64,000 bases of DNA from an uncultured cyanobacterium (GTDB lineage Bacteria > Cyanobacteriota > Cyanobacteriia > Cyanobacteriales > Cyanobacteriaceae), in the NCBI GenBank assembly GCA_963710605.1, contig CAVQBA010000001.1, positions 128,001-192,000 of the forward strand, written 5' to 3'. Below are positions 23,653 to 36,348 of the stretch, piece by piece. The translations under genes were made by a program, and so were the position numbers. The notes beneath the pieces were generated by a model that was given only the letters and a program-made list of their open reading frames with translations, had not been told where the DNA came from and did not search any database. Each line of letters begins with the position of its first letter. The stretch's first letter is position 1.

Positions 23653-24630
23653 TTGAAAGCTATTGCTAAATTTATAGATATGATGAATAGCCAATCCGCT
23701 ATTACCACAGTAGGATTAACCAAAAGATATGACTCTCATATCGCCGTCAATGATCTTGATTTGGACATTCCTAAAGGCGAAGTTTATGGTTTAATTGGAC
23801 CTAATGGTGCGGGGAAAACTACTTTAATCAAAATGTTAGCCGCCGCTGAAACACCTACTAAAGGAGAAATTTACTTATATGGCGATCGTTTATTAACTGA
23901 TAACAGTAATCCTCATCTGAAGCAATATATCGGTTATTTACCCGACGATTATCCTGTCTATGAAGATTTGACCGTTATTGATTACTTGGAATATTTTGCT
24001 CGTTTGTATAACATCAAACCAAGCCAACGCCGTCAGCGATTAAACTATGTATTAGAATTAGTTCAATTAGAATACAAAAGAAATTCTTTAATTGATACTC
24101 TCTCTCGTGGGATGAAACAAAGATTAGGATTAGCAAAAACGATCATCCATCAACCTGTAATTTTGTTTTTAGATGAACCAGTTTCAGGACTCGATCCGAT
24201 CGCACGGGCTGAATTTAGAGAAACAATCAAACTATTACAACAAGCAGGTATGACAATTCTCATCTCCTCTCATGTATTATCCGATTTAGCCGAATTGTGT
24301 ACCAGTGTTGGTATTATGGAATTGGGTTTTTTGGTTGAAAGTACTTCTCTTGCCCTGTTATACGATCGTCTCAGTCGTCAAGAAATCATTATTCGTATTT
24401 TAAATAATTCAGATCAACTTCAAAAAATATTGGAAAATAATTCTATCGTCAAAAAATGGGAAACTTCAGACAACCATAAATTTAAAGTAGAATTCGATGG
24501 TAATCCAGAAGATAGTGCCACTCTACTCCAAAATATAGTCCAAACAGGAATCAAAGTCTGTGAATTTCATCCTCAACAAGAAGATTTAGAAACCATTTTC
24601 CTCAAATTAGGTCATCAACAACCATCATAA
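23653..24630 (+). CDS. ABC-2 type transporter ATP-binding protein
   Basis: GPNGAGKTT, LSRGMKQR, LDEPVSGLDP, SSH. Confidence 0.92.
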   Translation: MKAIAKFIDMMNSQSAITTVGLTKRYDSHIAVNDLDLDIPKGEVYGLIGPNGAGKTTLIKMLAAAETPTKGEIYLYGDRLLTDNSNPHLKQYIGYLPDDYPVYEDLTVIDYLEYFARLYNIKPSQRRQRLNYVLELVQLEYKRNSLIDTLSRGMKQRLGLAKTIIHQPVILFLDEPVSGLDPIARAEFRETIKLLQQAGMTILISSHVLSDLAELCTSVGIMELGFLVESTSLALLYDRLSRQEIIIRILNNSDQLQKILENNSIVKKWETSDNHKFKVEFDGNPEDSATLLQNIVQTGIKVCEFHPQQEDLETIFLKLGHQQPS

Positions 24631-24635
24631 AGAAT

Positions 24636-24683
24636 GAGTAATGAGTAAGGAGTAAGGAGTAAGGAGTAAGAAGTAATAAGTAG
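24636..24683 (+). repeat. Heptamer tandem repeat (GAGTAAG-like)
   Basis: Directly visible. Confidence 0.8.
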
Positions 24684-24768
24684 TCAATTTATCGCTTTTT
24701 AGCTTTTAACTGTTAACTATTAGCCTCGAATGACTAAATTCAAGGCAGTAAGTCGATTGTTAATTTAT

Positions 24769-25728
24769 CTAACTTGCGATAATATATTCTTCGATAACTT
24801 CTTTGCGTTTACGTAGTTTGGATAATGCTTCTCTTTCGATTTGTCTAACTCTTTCACGAGAGATACTAAGAATACCACCAATTTTCGATAAAGTTAACGG
24901 TTTGCCATCATCTAAACCATAACGGAGTCTAATTACATCTTGTTGTTGTTGAGTCAATTCAGACATCATCCGACGTAAATCTAGTTGTAAACAAGAATAA
25001 TCAGTATAATCTTCTGGAGATTGCCCTTTATCTTCTAACAATTCTCCTAACTCAGTATCGTTATTATCTCCTACCTTTAAGTCTAAAGATAATGGTTGAC
25101 GAGCTTTACCTAGATAATCTCTAACTTGATCTGTTGTTAATTCTAACTCATCAGACAACTCTTGAATTGTCGCAGGGCGTCCTTTGGCTTCTGATAATTT
25201 ACGTTGAGTTTGACGAATTTTATTTAGTTTTTCGGTAATATGTAATGGTAAACGAATTGCTCTACTCTTTTCTGCGATCGCACGGGTAATAGCTTGACGT
25301 ATCCACCAATAAGCATAAGTAGAGAAACGATAACCTTTTTTCGGGTCAAATTTTTCTACCCCTCTTTGCATACCAATTGTACCTTCTTGAATAAGATCAA
25401 GTAAATCTAAATTCCGTTTCAAATATTTTTTAGCGATCGAAACTACTAAACGTAAATTCGCTTCGATCATTTTTAACTTAGCTTTTTGACCACAACGAAT
25501 TTTGATATCAAGATTTTTTTCTGATAATTTTACCTCTTGCGCCCATTCTTGTTTTGTTACTTCTCTTTCAAGTTGTTTTTCTAATTTTTCTCGTTTTTTT
25601 TCTAAGGCAACTAATTCTTGAATTTGTTTGGCTAAAATTATTTCTTCTTCTTTAGTAAGTAGAGGAATTCTACCTATCTCTTTTAAGTAAACTCTAATTG
25701 TATCAACATTTTTGGGCAGTGGTAACAT
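24769..25728 (-). CDS. sigD: Group 2 RNA polymerase sigma factor, SigD-like
   Basis: [40 protein letters not shown]; lacks region 1.1. Confidence 0.8.
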   Translation of the reverse strand: MLPLPKNVDTIRVYLKEIGRIPLLTKEEEIILAKQIQELVALEKKREKLEKQLEREVTKQEWAQEVKLSEKNLDIKIRCGQKAKLKMIEANLRLVVSIAKKYLKRNLDLLDLIQEGTIGMQRGVEKFDPKKGYRFSTYAYWWIRQAITRAIAEKSRAIRLPLHITEKLNKIRQTQRKLSEAKGRPATIQELSDELELTTDQVRDYLGKARQPLSLDLKVGDNNDTELGELLEDKGQSPEDYTDYSCLQLDLRRMMSELTQQQQDVIRLRYGLDDGKPLTLSKIGGILSISRERVRQIEREALSKLRKRKEVIEEYIIAS

Positions 25729-26164
25729 AATATAAATCTCTATGTGTTTCAGTTCAAATTAATAATATTTAAAGGACAAAAATTTTGCATAATGACGATT
25801 AGAGGTCAAAAAATCAAGGCTCTTTTCGCATAAAAAAAGCCCTATTACTTATGGTCAACCTTGTTTTCCTTAAGTTATTACGGCATAATAGAAAAGTTGA
25901 GCCTTTATAATCATAAAGCATAAATCAAAAATTTGTAAATTATTTTACAATCTTTTTTTAATCTATTCCTAAACTCTAATTAATTGAGAACGGATGAACC
26001 AAGTTGAAAATTGATTAAACATCTTCAACAAAAAATAATTGGCATTTTACAGAGCAAAAATTTAAGCTTTATATTGACTATCTACCTATCTATTTAATTA
26101 ATTTAGATACAAGATCAAGGATTTTCATTATACACAATACTCAAACAATAAGTAATAAAAAATT

Positions 26165-27250
26165 GTGATCAACGAATTTGACTGCCAAATGATGAGTAAA
26201 TGTTTAGAATTAGCTAAAAAAGCACAAGGAAAAACATCTCCTAACCCTTTAGTTGGTTCGGTAGTAGTCAAAAATGGGGTAATTATTGGGGAGGGATTCC
26301 ATCCAAAGGCAGGGCAACCTCATGCTGAAGTTTTTGCTTTAGCACAAGCGGGTGAAGAGGCGACTGATGCCACTGTTTACGTTAATTTAGAGCCTTGTAA
26401 CCACTATGGACGTACGCCACCTTGTAGTCAAGGATTAGTTAAAGCTAGAGTCAAAAAAGTAGTGGTAGGGATGATTGATCCTGACGATCGTGTTTCAGGT
26501 AAAGGGATTCAAACTTTAAAAGAAGCTGGAATTGAAGTAGAAGTTGGGGTAGAAGAAAAAGCTTGTTTAGAATTAAATGCCCCCTTTATTCATCGAATTA
26601 AATATCAACGCCCGTTAGGTATTTTTAAATATGCGATGACTTTAGACGGGAAAATTGCCACCTCAACAGGGCATAGCCAATGGATTACTAGCCCTGCTTC
26701 TCGTAATTTTGTTCACCATTTACGCTCTACTTGCGATGCGGTAATTGTTGGTGGAAATACTGTTAGACGTGATAATCCTAATTTGACAACTCATAATGTT
26801 ACCAGTCATAATCCTTTACGGGTAGTAATGACCAAAAGTTTTGATTTACCTTTTGAGGCGAATCTCTGGCAAACACAAATAGCGAAGACGGTTGTTTTTA
26901 CTTTACCGCAAACTAATTCACCACTTAAGCAACATCTTTTAAATCTAGGTGTAGAAATAGTTGAGTTAGAGGATGTCAATCCTACTTTAGTGATGGATAA
27001 TCTTTATCAGCGTGGTTTTAATTCGGTATTGTGGGAATGTGGTGGTAATTTAGCCCCAAGTGCGATCGTTACGGGTAATATTCAAAAAATTTATGCTTTT
27101 ATCGCTCCTAAACTTATTGGTGGCAATAATGCACTGTCTCCTCTTGGCGATTTGGGTATTGAAAATATGAGTCAAGCAATTACATTATCTAATATTACTT
27201 TCCAACAAATCGATCGAGATTTTTTAATCGAAGCAAGTTTAATTAGTTAA
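26165..27250 (+). CDS. ribD: Riboflavin biosynthesis deaminase/reductase
   Basis: HAE, LEPCNHYGRTPPC, KYAMTLDGKIA. Confidence 0.95.
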   Translation: MINEFDCQMMSKCLELAKKAQGKTSPNPLVGSVVVKNGVIIGEGFHPKAGQPHAEVFALAQAGEEATDATVYVNLEPCNHYGRTPPCSQGLVKARVKKVVVGMIDPDDRVSGKGIQTLKEAGIEVEVGVEEKACLELNAPFIHRIKYQRPLGIFKYAMTLDGKIATSTGHSQWITSPASRNFVHHLRSTCDAVIVGGNTVRRDNPNLTTHNVTSHNPLRVVMTKSFDLPFEANLWQTQIAKTVVFTLPQTNSPLKQHLLNLGVEIVELEDVNPTLVMDNLYQRGFNSVLWECGGNLAPSAIVTGNIQKIYAFIAPKLIGGNNALSPLGDLGIENMSQAITLSNITFQQIDRDFLIEASLIS

Positions 27251-27409
27251 GAGTTAAGAGTTAAGAGTTAAGAGTTGGAAAGAAAAAGCAGTAACTACTA
27301 ATTTAGTCTTATAGTATAATTGTATTTATTAGTTAATTAATAGTAAAAAAAATATAAGCCTCGCTGTTAAAGGTAAAAATAATTATCAATTACCAATTAT
27401 CAATTATTT

Positions 27410-30400
27410 ATGAATGATTTTACTCCCGATTTAGCGGCTAATTCTTTACCGCCACAGAATATTGAAGCAGAGGAAATAATTTTAGGTAGTCTGTTATTCG
27501 ATCCCAATGCGATGGGAAAAGTAATTGATTTATTACCACCAGAAGCTTTTTATGTCAATGCTCATCGGCAAATATATGAAGCGGCGAGAAATTTGTATTT
27601 TCAAGGGCAACCGATCGATTTGATGACTGTTTCTACATGGTTAAGCGATCGTAGTTTGTTAGACAAAATTGGTGGTACGCCTAAAATACTTAACTTACTC
27701 GATCGTACTGTTTCTTCAGCTAATATTGAGCGTTATATCCCTTTAGTCACCGACAAATACATCAGAAGACTGTTAATTGGTGTTGCTAAAGAAATTGGTG
27801 AGTTAGGATATGATACCACCAAAGAATTAGATCATGTTTTAGACGCATCAGAGCAAAAAATATTTAGTTTAACCCAAGCAAGGGTGCAACAAGGATTAGT
27901 GGCAATTTCAGACACATTAATCAACACCTTTACCGAAATCCAAAACTTTCAAGAAAAAACAGCAGTACCCGGTATCAGTACGGACTTTTATGATTTAGAT
28001 GCCCTGACAGGCGGTTTACAACGTTCTGATTTAATTATTATTGCCGGGCGCCCTGCGATGGGTAAATGTTTAGCTCAAGACTCGGAAATTGTTTTAAGCG
28101 ATGGTAGTTTAGTAACAATTCAAGAACTTTATCAACGTCGTCAAGCTCAATTATTAACTTTACAAGATAATTATAAGTTTGCCATTAACCAAGCATCTCA
28201 ATTTATTGATGACGGCATTAAACCCGTTTTTCGAGTTACCACAAAATTAGATGTTCGTCAAATAGAAACCACGATTACCCATCCCTATTTAACTATAACT
28301 GGATGGAAGCATCTTTCCTCTCTACAAGTAGGAGATAAAATAGCTGTCCCTCGCCAAATTAATACCTTTGGAGAAAAAAGTTTACCCGATTATCAAGCCA
28401 AATTGTTAGCTTATTTTATTGGTGACGGTTGTTTAACTCGTAGTTGTCCAGAATTTACTAATAGTAATCCCTTATTACAATTCGATTTTATTCAATCAGT
28501 CAAAAACTTTTCAGGAGTTGCCGTTAAAAGAAAAAAAGATCAAGGAAAAAGAACACCTAGTTTTTCTGTTATTAGTGATGCCGAGTTTATTAAAGTTAAC
28601 CGTGAATCCTTTGCTCATTCTTTAGCAAAAACCATTAACTCTCAATCATTATCTAATCGTCAATTAGCAGAATATGTTAATGTCAGCCCAGCCTCTATTA
28701 CTCATTGGCAAAAAGGAATTTGCGTACCAGAAGAGAAAAATTTCCTTTTATTGTGTCAAATTTTAGATATAAAACCTGAAAAACTAACTAGTCACGAATT
28801 ATCAGCTATTAGTAAAAATAGTAAAAATCCTTTAACTATCTGGCTAGAAAAATTAGGATTATGGGGAAAATCTGCTCATCAAAAAACTATACCTTTGATT
28901 ATTTTCCAGTTAAAGCCTTCATTGATTGCTTTATTTCTTAACCGTCTTTTTGCCACAGATGGTTGGGCTTCTGTTTACCAAACTAGTCAAGTTCAAATCG
29001 GTTATTGTACTGTTAGTGAAAAATTAGCTCGTCAAGTTCAGCATCTATTACTTCGATTTGGTATTATTTCTCATCTTAAGCAAAAATCTGTTAAATACAA
29101 TGAGCAATACACAAAAGCATGGCAAATTAAGATTAGCGATGCTCGAGCAATCAAAATATTTATTGCCAAAATTGGTATTTTTGGTAAAGAAAAAGCACTT
29201 TCGGCTATTAAAAATATTCTCAGTAACAAGAAATATCAAACTAATTGTGACTTAATTCCAGTAGAAATTTGGCAACAAATTAACATAGCTAAAGGTGAAG
29301 AATCGTGGCAAAGTTTAGCCAAAAGAGCCCGAATAAAAGGCTACAGTAATCTTCATGTGGGCAAAAGAGCTTTATCTAGACAACGGTTACATAAATTAGC
29401 GGTAGCTTTAGATAATCTACCATTACAACAAATAGCTACCAGTGAAGTTTACTGGGATGAAATCGTCTCCATCGAATATACAGGAAAACAACAGGTGTAT
29501 GATTTAACTATTCGGGACACTCATAACTTCGTTGCCAACGATATTTGTGTACATAATACTAGTTTCGCCTTAAATATAGCGGCAAATGTAGCTAAAGAAC
29601 ATGATTTATCGGTGGCTATCTTCAGTTTAGAAATGTCAAGAGATCAATTAGCGATGCGTTTACTCTCAGCAGAAGCAAGACTAGAAAGTAGCCGTCTAAA
29701 ATCAGGAAGAATCACTGAACGAGAGATGGAGCCTTTGATGGAGGCGATGGGAAATTTATCTGAGTTACCAATTTATATTGATGATACTGCCAATATTACA
29801 GTCATGCAAATGCGATCGGAGGTACGTCGTTTACAAGCAGAAAAAAAAGGTAAATTAGGATTGGTATTAATTGATTATTTGCAGTTAATGGAAGGCACTA
29901 GCGACAATCGTGTTCAAGAATTATCAAGAATTACACGAAGTCTTAAAGGTTTAGCTAGAGAAGTTAATACCCCAATCATCGCTCTTTCTCAGCTTAGTCG
30001 TGCTGTCGAGCAAAGAACGAATAAACGCCCAATGTTATCAGATTTAAGAGAATGTATTACAGGAGATACATTAGTTTTTATTGCCGATCGAGGATATTAT
30101 GTACCTGTTAAAAAGTTATTAGGGCAAAAAGATTTTTACGTAAGTGCGTTAAACGACGAGCTAAAATTGGAAAAATCACAATGCTTAGATGTTTGGGAAA
30201 CTGGAGAAAAAGAAATTTTTGAAGTTACAACCCAATCGGGAATGAAAATTAAAACAAGTATCAATCATCCTTTTTACACAATCAACGGCTGGAAAGAATT
30301 AAAAGATATTTCTTCAGGTGATTTTGTCGCATCTGCACGTAGTTTGCCTAGTAATACAGTTACCAGTGAATTAAAAAACGAAGAAATTATTTTATTGGCA

Positions 30401-31517
30401 CATATGATAGGTGATGGATGTTTTGTTGAGAGACAACCGATTCACTATACTAGTCAAGACAAAAATTCTCGGAAAATTGTGGCTGAATGTGCAAAAACAT
30501 TATGGGGTACGAAAGCACGTGTTGTCCAAGATAGAAATAGCAAAAATTGTTTTCATGTTTATTTACCAAGTCCATACAGATTAACTCGTAATAAACATAA
30601 TCCCTTTGTTAACTTATTAAAAAAATTACATTTAAATAAATCACATTCTTTTGAGAAAAAAATACCCGATTTGATTTTTATTAGTAACAAAAAACAAATT
30701 GCGATGTTTATACGTCATCTTTGGAGTACAGATGGTGGTGTAAGTATTCGTCAAACAGGTTCGTCAAAAGTTTATTATTCTAGTAATTCTATTTCATTAA
30801 TTACTGATCTCTAAATCACTGCTATTAAAATTTAGTATTCATTCTTCAATCAATATTTCTAAAAAGAAAAATTACAGATGTGTCTATAATTTAAACATTA
30901 CAGGAAAACCCAATATATTGAAATTTGCTAGTGAGATTGGTATTTTTAGTGAGAAAGGGCAAAAATTGTTACAGTTAGTCAATCTTTTAACTCAAAAAAC
31001 AGAAAATCCAAATTCAGATGTTATTCCTAAGAATATATGGAACGATGTTAGAGAAAAACGCTTAAACAGTGAGTTTACAGAACGTTCTTTTCAAGATTCT
31101 ATTAATACTCAATATTGTGGTACAACCCTTTATAAATCTAATGTTTCACGACAAAGATTGGAAAGAGTGGCAAATGTATTGAACGACGATCGATTATCAT
31201 TAGTTGCAAACAGTGATATTAAATGGGAAAGAGTTAAAAGTATCGAGTATGTTGGGCGAGAAATGACATATGACATTCATGTCGAAAAAAATCATAATTT
31301 TGTTGCCAATGATTTTATTGTTCATAACTCAGGTGCGATCGAGCAGGATGCGGATTTGGTGATGATGCTTTATCGTGATGAATATTATAACCCCGATACG
31401 ATCGATCAAGGTGTCGCCGAGATTATTGTTGCTAAACATCGAAATGGCCCAACTGGACAAGTTAAACTGATATTTCGATCGGAATTTACTCAATTTTTAA
31501 ATCTGAAAAGAGGTTAG
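27410..31517 (+). CDS. dnaB: Replicative DNA helicase DnaB with two inteins; one extra nucleotide near 30812
   Basis: [57 protein letters not shown]. Confidence 0.93.
28067..29557 (+). mobile_element. Intein 1 (497 aa) in the DnaB Walker A motif, LAGLIDADG type with an HTH insert
   Basis: GK|CLAQD...[13 protein letters not shown] and LFATDG motifs. Confidence 0.92.
30053..31328 (+). mobile_element. Intein 2 (about 425 aa) at the SDLRE|SG site, LAGLIDADG type
   Basis: RE|CITGD...[12 protein letters not shown] and LWSTDG motifs; length is 425 codons plus 1 nt. Confidence 0.9.
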
Positions 31518-31612
31518 ATAATTGAGAATCACTAATCAAAAAAGTTAATCAAGAAAGCTCAAAATATCTTAATTAACTTTTTATTATTTAAAAGAAAACA
31601 AAGCAAGAAAAT

Positions 31613-31880
31613 TTATCGAATACGGCACATAACTTTAGTGAAAATATCAAACTCTTGAAGCATGGCTATCGTATCTTTTGAAAGCATATTTATCAGTGTT
31701 TTGAAAGATTTGACTTCGATATGATCTATATCTAAAAGTTCAAAACCCACCACCTCATTTTGAGCATTATAATCAACAATAATTCCCTCAGCTATTTCTT
31801 CAGAATCTAAAACTTGATCGTCTTTAATTTGAACGTAAATAGCATCTACTTCACGAATCGTATTTGCTAATTTTAATCAT
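31613..31880 (-). CDS. DUF2283 family protein (putative antitoxin), frameshifted near its start
   Basis: YD(R)EVDAIYVQI...SEEIAEGIIVDYNAQNEVVGFELLD; ATGA overlap with the upstream gene; missing from the ORF track. Confidence 0.7.
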
Positions 31881-32128
31881 TTTTTGTAGTTCCTATCAAA
31901 ATAAAAAGTAATAATCTTAACTGGAGTTTGGGTATGATTAAAAACAACTTTTAATGCTCGATTACCGTACTCAGAAATACACTTCCAATGATAAGTTTTA
32001 TCTAATTCTTCGTATATTTCCTTATAATCAGGATTATTAAGGGTTTTTTCTATCCAATCTATTTTAATTTGTGATCTACCAAATTTTTTAAATTGTTGGT
32101 CAGCGTGGTTAGTAAAATTATAATCCAA
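31877..32128 (-). CDS. DUF4258 family protein (putative RelE-like toxin)
   Basis: FTNHA...WIEKTLNNPD...GNRALKVV...IITFYFDR. Confidence 0.75.
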   Translation of the reverse strand: MDYNFTNHADQQFKKFGRSQIKIDWIEKTLNNPDYKEIYEELDKTYHWKCISEYGNRALKVVFNHTQTPVKIITFYFDRNYKK

Positions 32129-32686
32129 TTAAATGTACCTCTATTTTAATAAATCTTTTGTAAAATAAGCATAAATTGTGAGTCTGAGGTGAATATTTTG
32201 TTTAGTAAAAAAACAATAATATATTTCAAGAAGAGTTTGGAAGTAATCTTGCTTAAATCATTTTGTATTTTATATAATGTTTAGCTACTTGATATAATAC
32301 GGTGGATAAAATCGCTTAAAAGTCAATTTATGTTTTCATAGATTGTTGATTCTTCTCCTATTATTTGTTCAGGTTTAAACTTTTCTAACACTCTACTTTT
32401 TATTCTTTCTAAGTCTTCCATCTTTTTAGGTTTATCTAAAGGACAATCGTTTTCAATCCATTGTTCAATAAATCTCCTTTACTCAGATTAGTAAAATCTT
32501 GGATTTGCTCTAATTTGCACTTATTAGTTTTTTTTAGCCTAACACTAAGATTTTCGTCTCTTTTTTTGGAAGAACTAGAAATAAATCTTCCATTTTTATC
32601 TCTTGTTTTCGTCATAAAATTTAAGTAGTAATTTAATGTTTATTTACCAGACAAAAACCCACTATGTTTGACATAGTGGATTAACT

Positions 32687-33445
32687 TTAGAATGGAGCGT
32701 CTATTATTTGATATATCTTTTGAGATCGTTGTAAGGCAATCTCAAAATTATGAATAAATATATCTTTTGTCTCACTAGCTTTGATAGCATTACTAGTAAT
32801 TTGATTAGCAATTGTTAATCTTATCAACTCAGAATAAGAACAATTACGTCTCCAATCTTTACTTTTTTCTCTACGTTTATCAGCATCAGAAACTACTAAA
32901 GATGAAATTTGGCGATTAAGATTACAAAGCTGAGTAACTCCATATCCTCGATCGAATGTCGAATCTTCCATTTCATGATACGAACTTTGATACGAAGCTC
33001 TAACATTGAGCCTATTTTTAGGAATTAAATCTTGTTGTAAATCATCAGGAGTTATTTGATAATTCTCTACAACTCGATCGACAGATTTTTGGACAATCGT
33101 GGCAAATCCTGCTTTATAGATTGATATAGGAACGAGATATTTCTCATTCTTAACCAGATAACTAATCAATAAAACTAGATCGGATTGAGTTAATGCGTGA
33201 ATAGCATTCGAGCCAATTCCTGTTGTTGTTTTTATCCAGGTGAAGGTAGTAGTACGACAAAACAATCTAAAAGAATTAGAAGCCAAAATCTTATTTAGGG
33301 AAGATTCGGAAATATCTAGAGCTTTAGCAATACCAACATTACTAAATATAACCTGATTCTTGTCATTAGAATTATAAAAAGCCTCAAAGCAAACACCGTT
33401 AATTGTAATTCCATTAGGAATTAACTTCAATATTTTCTGATCCAT
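32687..33445 (-). CDS. Hypothetical protein, possibly phage-type DNA-binding
   Basis: 252-aa ORF with an HTH-like stretch GIAKALDISESSLNKIL. Confidence 0.5.
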   Translation of the reverse strand: MDQKILKLIPNGITINGVCFEAFYNSNDKNQVIFSNVGIAKALDISESSLNKILASNSFRLFCRTTTFTWIKTTTGIGSNAIHALTQSDLVLLISYLVKNEKYLVPISIYKAGFATIVQKSVDRVVENYQITPDDLQQDLIPKNRLNVRASYQSSYHEMEDSTFDRGYGVTQLCNLNRQISSLVVSDADKRREKSKDWRRNCSYSELIRLTIANQITSNAIKASETKDIFIHNFEIALQRSQKIYQIIDAPF

Positions 33446-33705
33446 TAATTAGCCCTCTGTTTTTTCTTTGACATCTAAAGAATCAACCATCTGCATAACA
33501 TCAGAAAGATCGGTATTAGAATGAGATTTTTCGTCCAGTCTTGCTTTCAAATCATCTATTTCTTCTTGCATAGAAGAAATTTGCTGAGTCAATTTAACAA
33601 AAAGTACTCTGACTTGATCCTCAAAAGTTTTAGGAGCATTATCAAAAGTTAAAGGTAATTGCCCATTTTGAATCTGTTATCTCCTCAAAAAGCTCAGGAG
33701 TTGCT

Positions 33706-34092
33706 TTAGCTTTCATTTTCAAAAAAAGAACGCACTTTGTTGACATAAACGTTAGTAAGTTTAAATAAAGAGGTTGGATTAACATGGTTTTTAGTAGAAT
33801 CTAAAATTCCTTTATCTATTAAACCTAAATCCACTAACTCATTTATGTTAAGTCCGATTGTCGATCGATGAAGATACAAAGATTCAGACAAATCTAATGT
33901 TTTAAGTCTGTTGGGATACTCTTTGCCAAAATAGTTAAAATTTTGATTTGAGTGTCGTTGGAAACAAAAATTGTTGGATTTTGTTCTTTAAGGGAATTAT
34001 CTAGAATGAAGATGGTTGATTACTTTTAGATAATTTTTCATCTAAATCAACAAAGTCGTACCTTGACTCCCTACAGAGGTGTTGTTTATCAT
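33706..34092 (-). CDS. Putative winged-helix protein, frameshifted
   Basis: LSESLYLHRSTIGLNINELVDLGLI; upstream frame is broken. Confidence 0.35.
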
Positions 34093-34433
34093 AAATTTAT
34101 AACTGAAATTGTTTATTAGGAAGAACTACTCTTTTCTTCGGCAAAAGAAAATATTAGGTAGTTCTTTGTTACTTCGACTAGTATAACTGTATTTTTATCT
34201 ATTGACAACCCTTGAAAACACTAGCTAGTGAGATATCCATGTCGTGCAAGGTTTTTTTATGATATTAAATATCAAGCGTAATACAAATACTAATTTCGTT
34301 GATAGTTAATGACGTATAATCTCGGATAAATTTTTTAATCTAATCGACTTTTGCTATTACAATAGAAGCAAAAAAAACTGCCTACCTTATCAGTTATTGA
34401 CAAGATAGGCAATTATTAATTATTGATTATTGA

Positions 34434-35924
34434 TTATTCATCGACATCGTGACTAAGATTTTTGAATAATTCTAAAAGACGATTGCCCCAATACTTAACA
34501 TCGTATTTAGTGACAATATCATACATTTTAGTCATAGTTTCTTTTTGTTCTTCTGCGGGCATATCTAAAGCCTTATCGATCGCTTTATCCATTAAATCAC
34601 TAGAATAAGGATTAGTCCGAATCGCATCAGGTAATTCAACCGCCGCCCCAACAAACTCCGAAAGAATTAAAGTACCATCATTACCCCCATGAGTCACAAT
34701 ATATTCTTTAGCTACTAAATTTAAACCATCTCTTAAAGGAGTTGTCCAACAAACATCAGCCGCTTTATAATAACAAAGTAAATCAGTAAAACTAAAAGCC
34801 TTAGTAAATAATAAAACAGGTGTCCATTCTAAAGTAGCGTGCTTACCGTTAATTTGCCCAGCTAACTGTTCAATTTGGTTTTGAGCATCTTCATAGATTC
34901 TCATCCCCGTTGCCGCAGAGACACAACTGACAATAAAATGTACCTTACCTTTCAATTCAGGGCGACGCTTTAACAAACGCTCAAAAGTCTCCAGCATCTC
35001 TTTATTACCCTTAACGTAATCAACTCTACCAGCGGCGATAATAAGTTTTTTCCCTGCCAACTCGTCCTTAATTTGTTGGTATCTTTCTTCAGATTCAGGT
35101 TTTTTCAACACTGAAAGTAAATATTCAGGATTAGTACCTACAGGAAAAGCATCCATTCTCACTGTTTGCCCTTTATACTTAACTTTAGTTACCATTTCAG
35201 GCTCAGCTAAAGCAGTACCAGTTGGGCATAAATGTCCTTCCACTTTTTTGGTTTCTACCACCTCAATCGGTAAAAGACTACGTGCCACATTAACAAAATT
35301 TTCTGAATAACGAGGAATATGGAAACCGACTACATCGCAACAAAGTAAGCTTTCGGCAATCTCTTTACGCCAAGGCAAAATATTGAAAATATCAACAGAA
35401 GGAAAAGGAGTATGGTGAAAAAACGCTATCTTCGCATCAGGTTTAATTTGCCTAATAAAATAAGGTGCTAACCACAAATTATAATCATGAATCCAAATCA
35501 AGGCATCATCAGCCGCCTCCGCACAAGCCGCCTCGGCAAAAAGTCTATTTACATCCTTAAAATTATCCCAGTCAGAAGATTCGTAAGTAAAGTGGTAAGG
35601 AAAAGAATGGAGAATGGGCGAAATAGCTTCTTTAGAGGTAATATGATAGAAGTTTTTAACTTGTTTTTTATTTAAAGGAATACGTAAAACAGAGTAGTTA
35701 GAATCTTCTTCTTGAACATCAACTCTTTCTTGAAAACTTTCTTGCTCGTTATTAGCGATTTGTTTCCACGCTACCCAAGTACCTTTTTCTGCATAAGCAA
35801 AGAAACTCCTAAGAGTTGGTACAATACCGTTCGGGCTTTTTTTCTGAACATACACTGTCTTACCGTCTTTAATTGCCTCATCATAAGGTTGACGGTGATA
35901 AAGAATGACTAAAGATGATTTCAT
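34434..35924 (-). CDS. ggpS: Glucosylglycerol-phosphate synthase (GT20)
   Basis: MKSSLVILYHR, KSPNGIVPTL, WIHDYNLWL, GRVDYVKG, LRDGLNLVAKEY. Confidence 0.92.
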   Translation of the reverse strand: MKSSLVILYHRQPYDEAIKDGKTVYVQKKSPNGIVPTLRSFFAYAEKGTWVAWKQIANNEQESFQERVDVQEEDSNYSVLRIPLNKKQVKNFYHITSKEAISPILHSFPYHFTYESSDWDNFKDVNRLFAEAACAEAADDALIWIHDYNLWLAPYFIRQIKPDAKIAFFHHTPFPSVDIFNILPWRKEIAESLLCCDVVGFHIPRYSENFVNVARSLLPIEVVETKKVEGHLCPTGTALAEPEMVTKVKYKGQTVRMDAFPVGTNPEYLLSVLKKPESEERYQQIKDELAGKKLIIAAGRVDYVKGNKEMLETFERLLKRRPELKGKVHFIVSCVSAATGMRIYEDAQNQIEQLAGQINGKHATLEWTPVLLFTKAFSFTDLLCYYKAADVCWTTPLRDGLNLVAKEYIVTHGGNDGTLILSEFVGAAVELPDAIRTNPYSSDLMDKAIDKALDMPAEEQKETMTKMYDIVTKYDVKYWGNRLLELFKNLSHDVDE

Positions 35925-36348
35925 GGATAGATTTTGTGAATTAAATAAGTTTGCAGTTATAAATTGCCTTAACAATTAATAATCAAGCTTAATGATTTTG
36001 TTAAAATTTTGACCTGTAAGATGCTAGAACTATTTTTACGTCTCAAGGAAGAGGTTAAATTCTTCTGTTTTTGATACCTAAATAAGTCCTAGATAATTAG
36101 TCAACTTTTATACTTAAATTTTGATTATTATGTTTTTTATCAACACCTAATAACTAGATATTTTATGTCAATCTTATCATAGGGTTGAAATAAAATTTCA
36201 TTTATAATTCTTAGCGATAAGAATAATCAAGAAAAAATTAGCTAGAAGAATACTTGATAAAGGATTCTACCACAAACTTAAAGGTGCTATTATCTATAAT
36301 AAATTGACAATTGACTCTTAACTTTTAACTTTTAACTTTTAACTTTAC

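Noticed and set aside
25933-25950. Palindrome TTGTAAA-N4-TTTACAA upstream of sigD
   Set aside because: Could be a regulator site, but it is short and AT-rich and could not be assigned with confidence.
30814-30918. Naturally split intein in dnaB
   Set aside because: The second frame is open from about 30812 and the intein is exactly 425 codons plus 1 nt, so a single inserted base explains the break.
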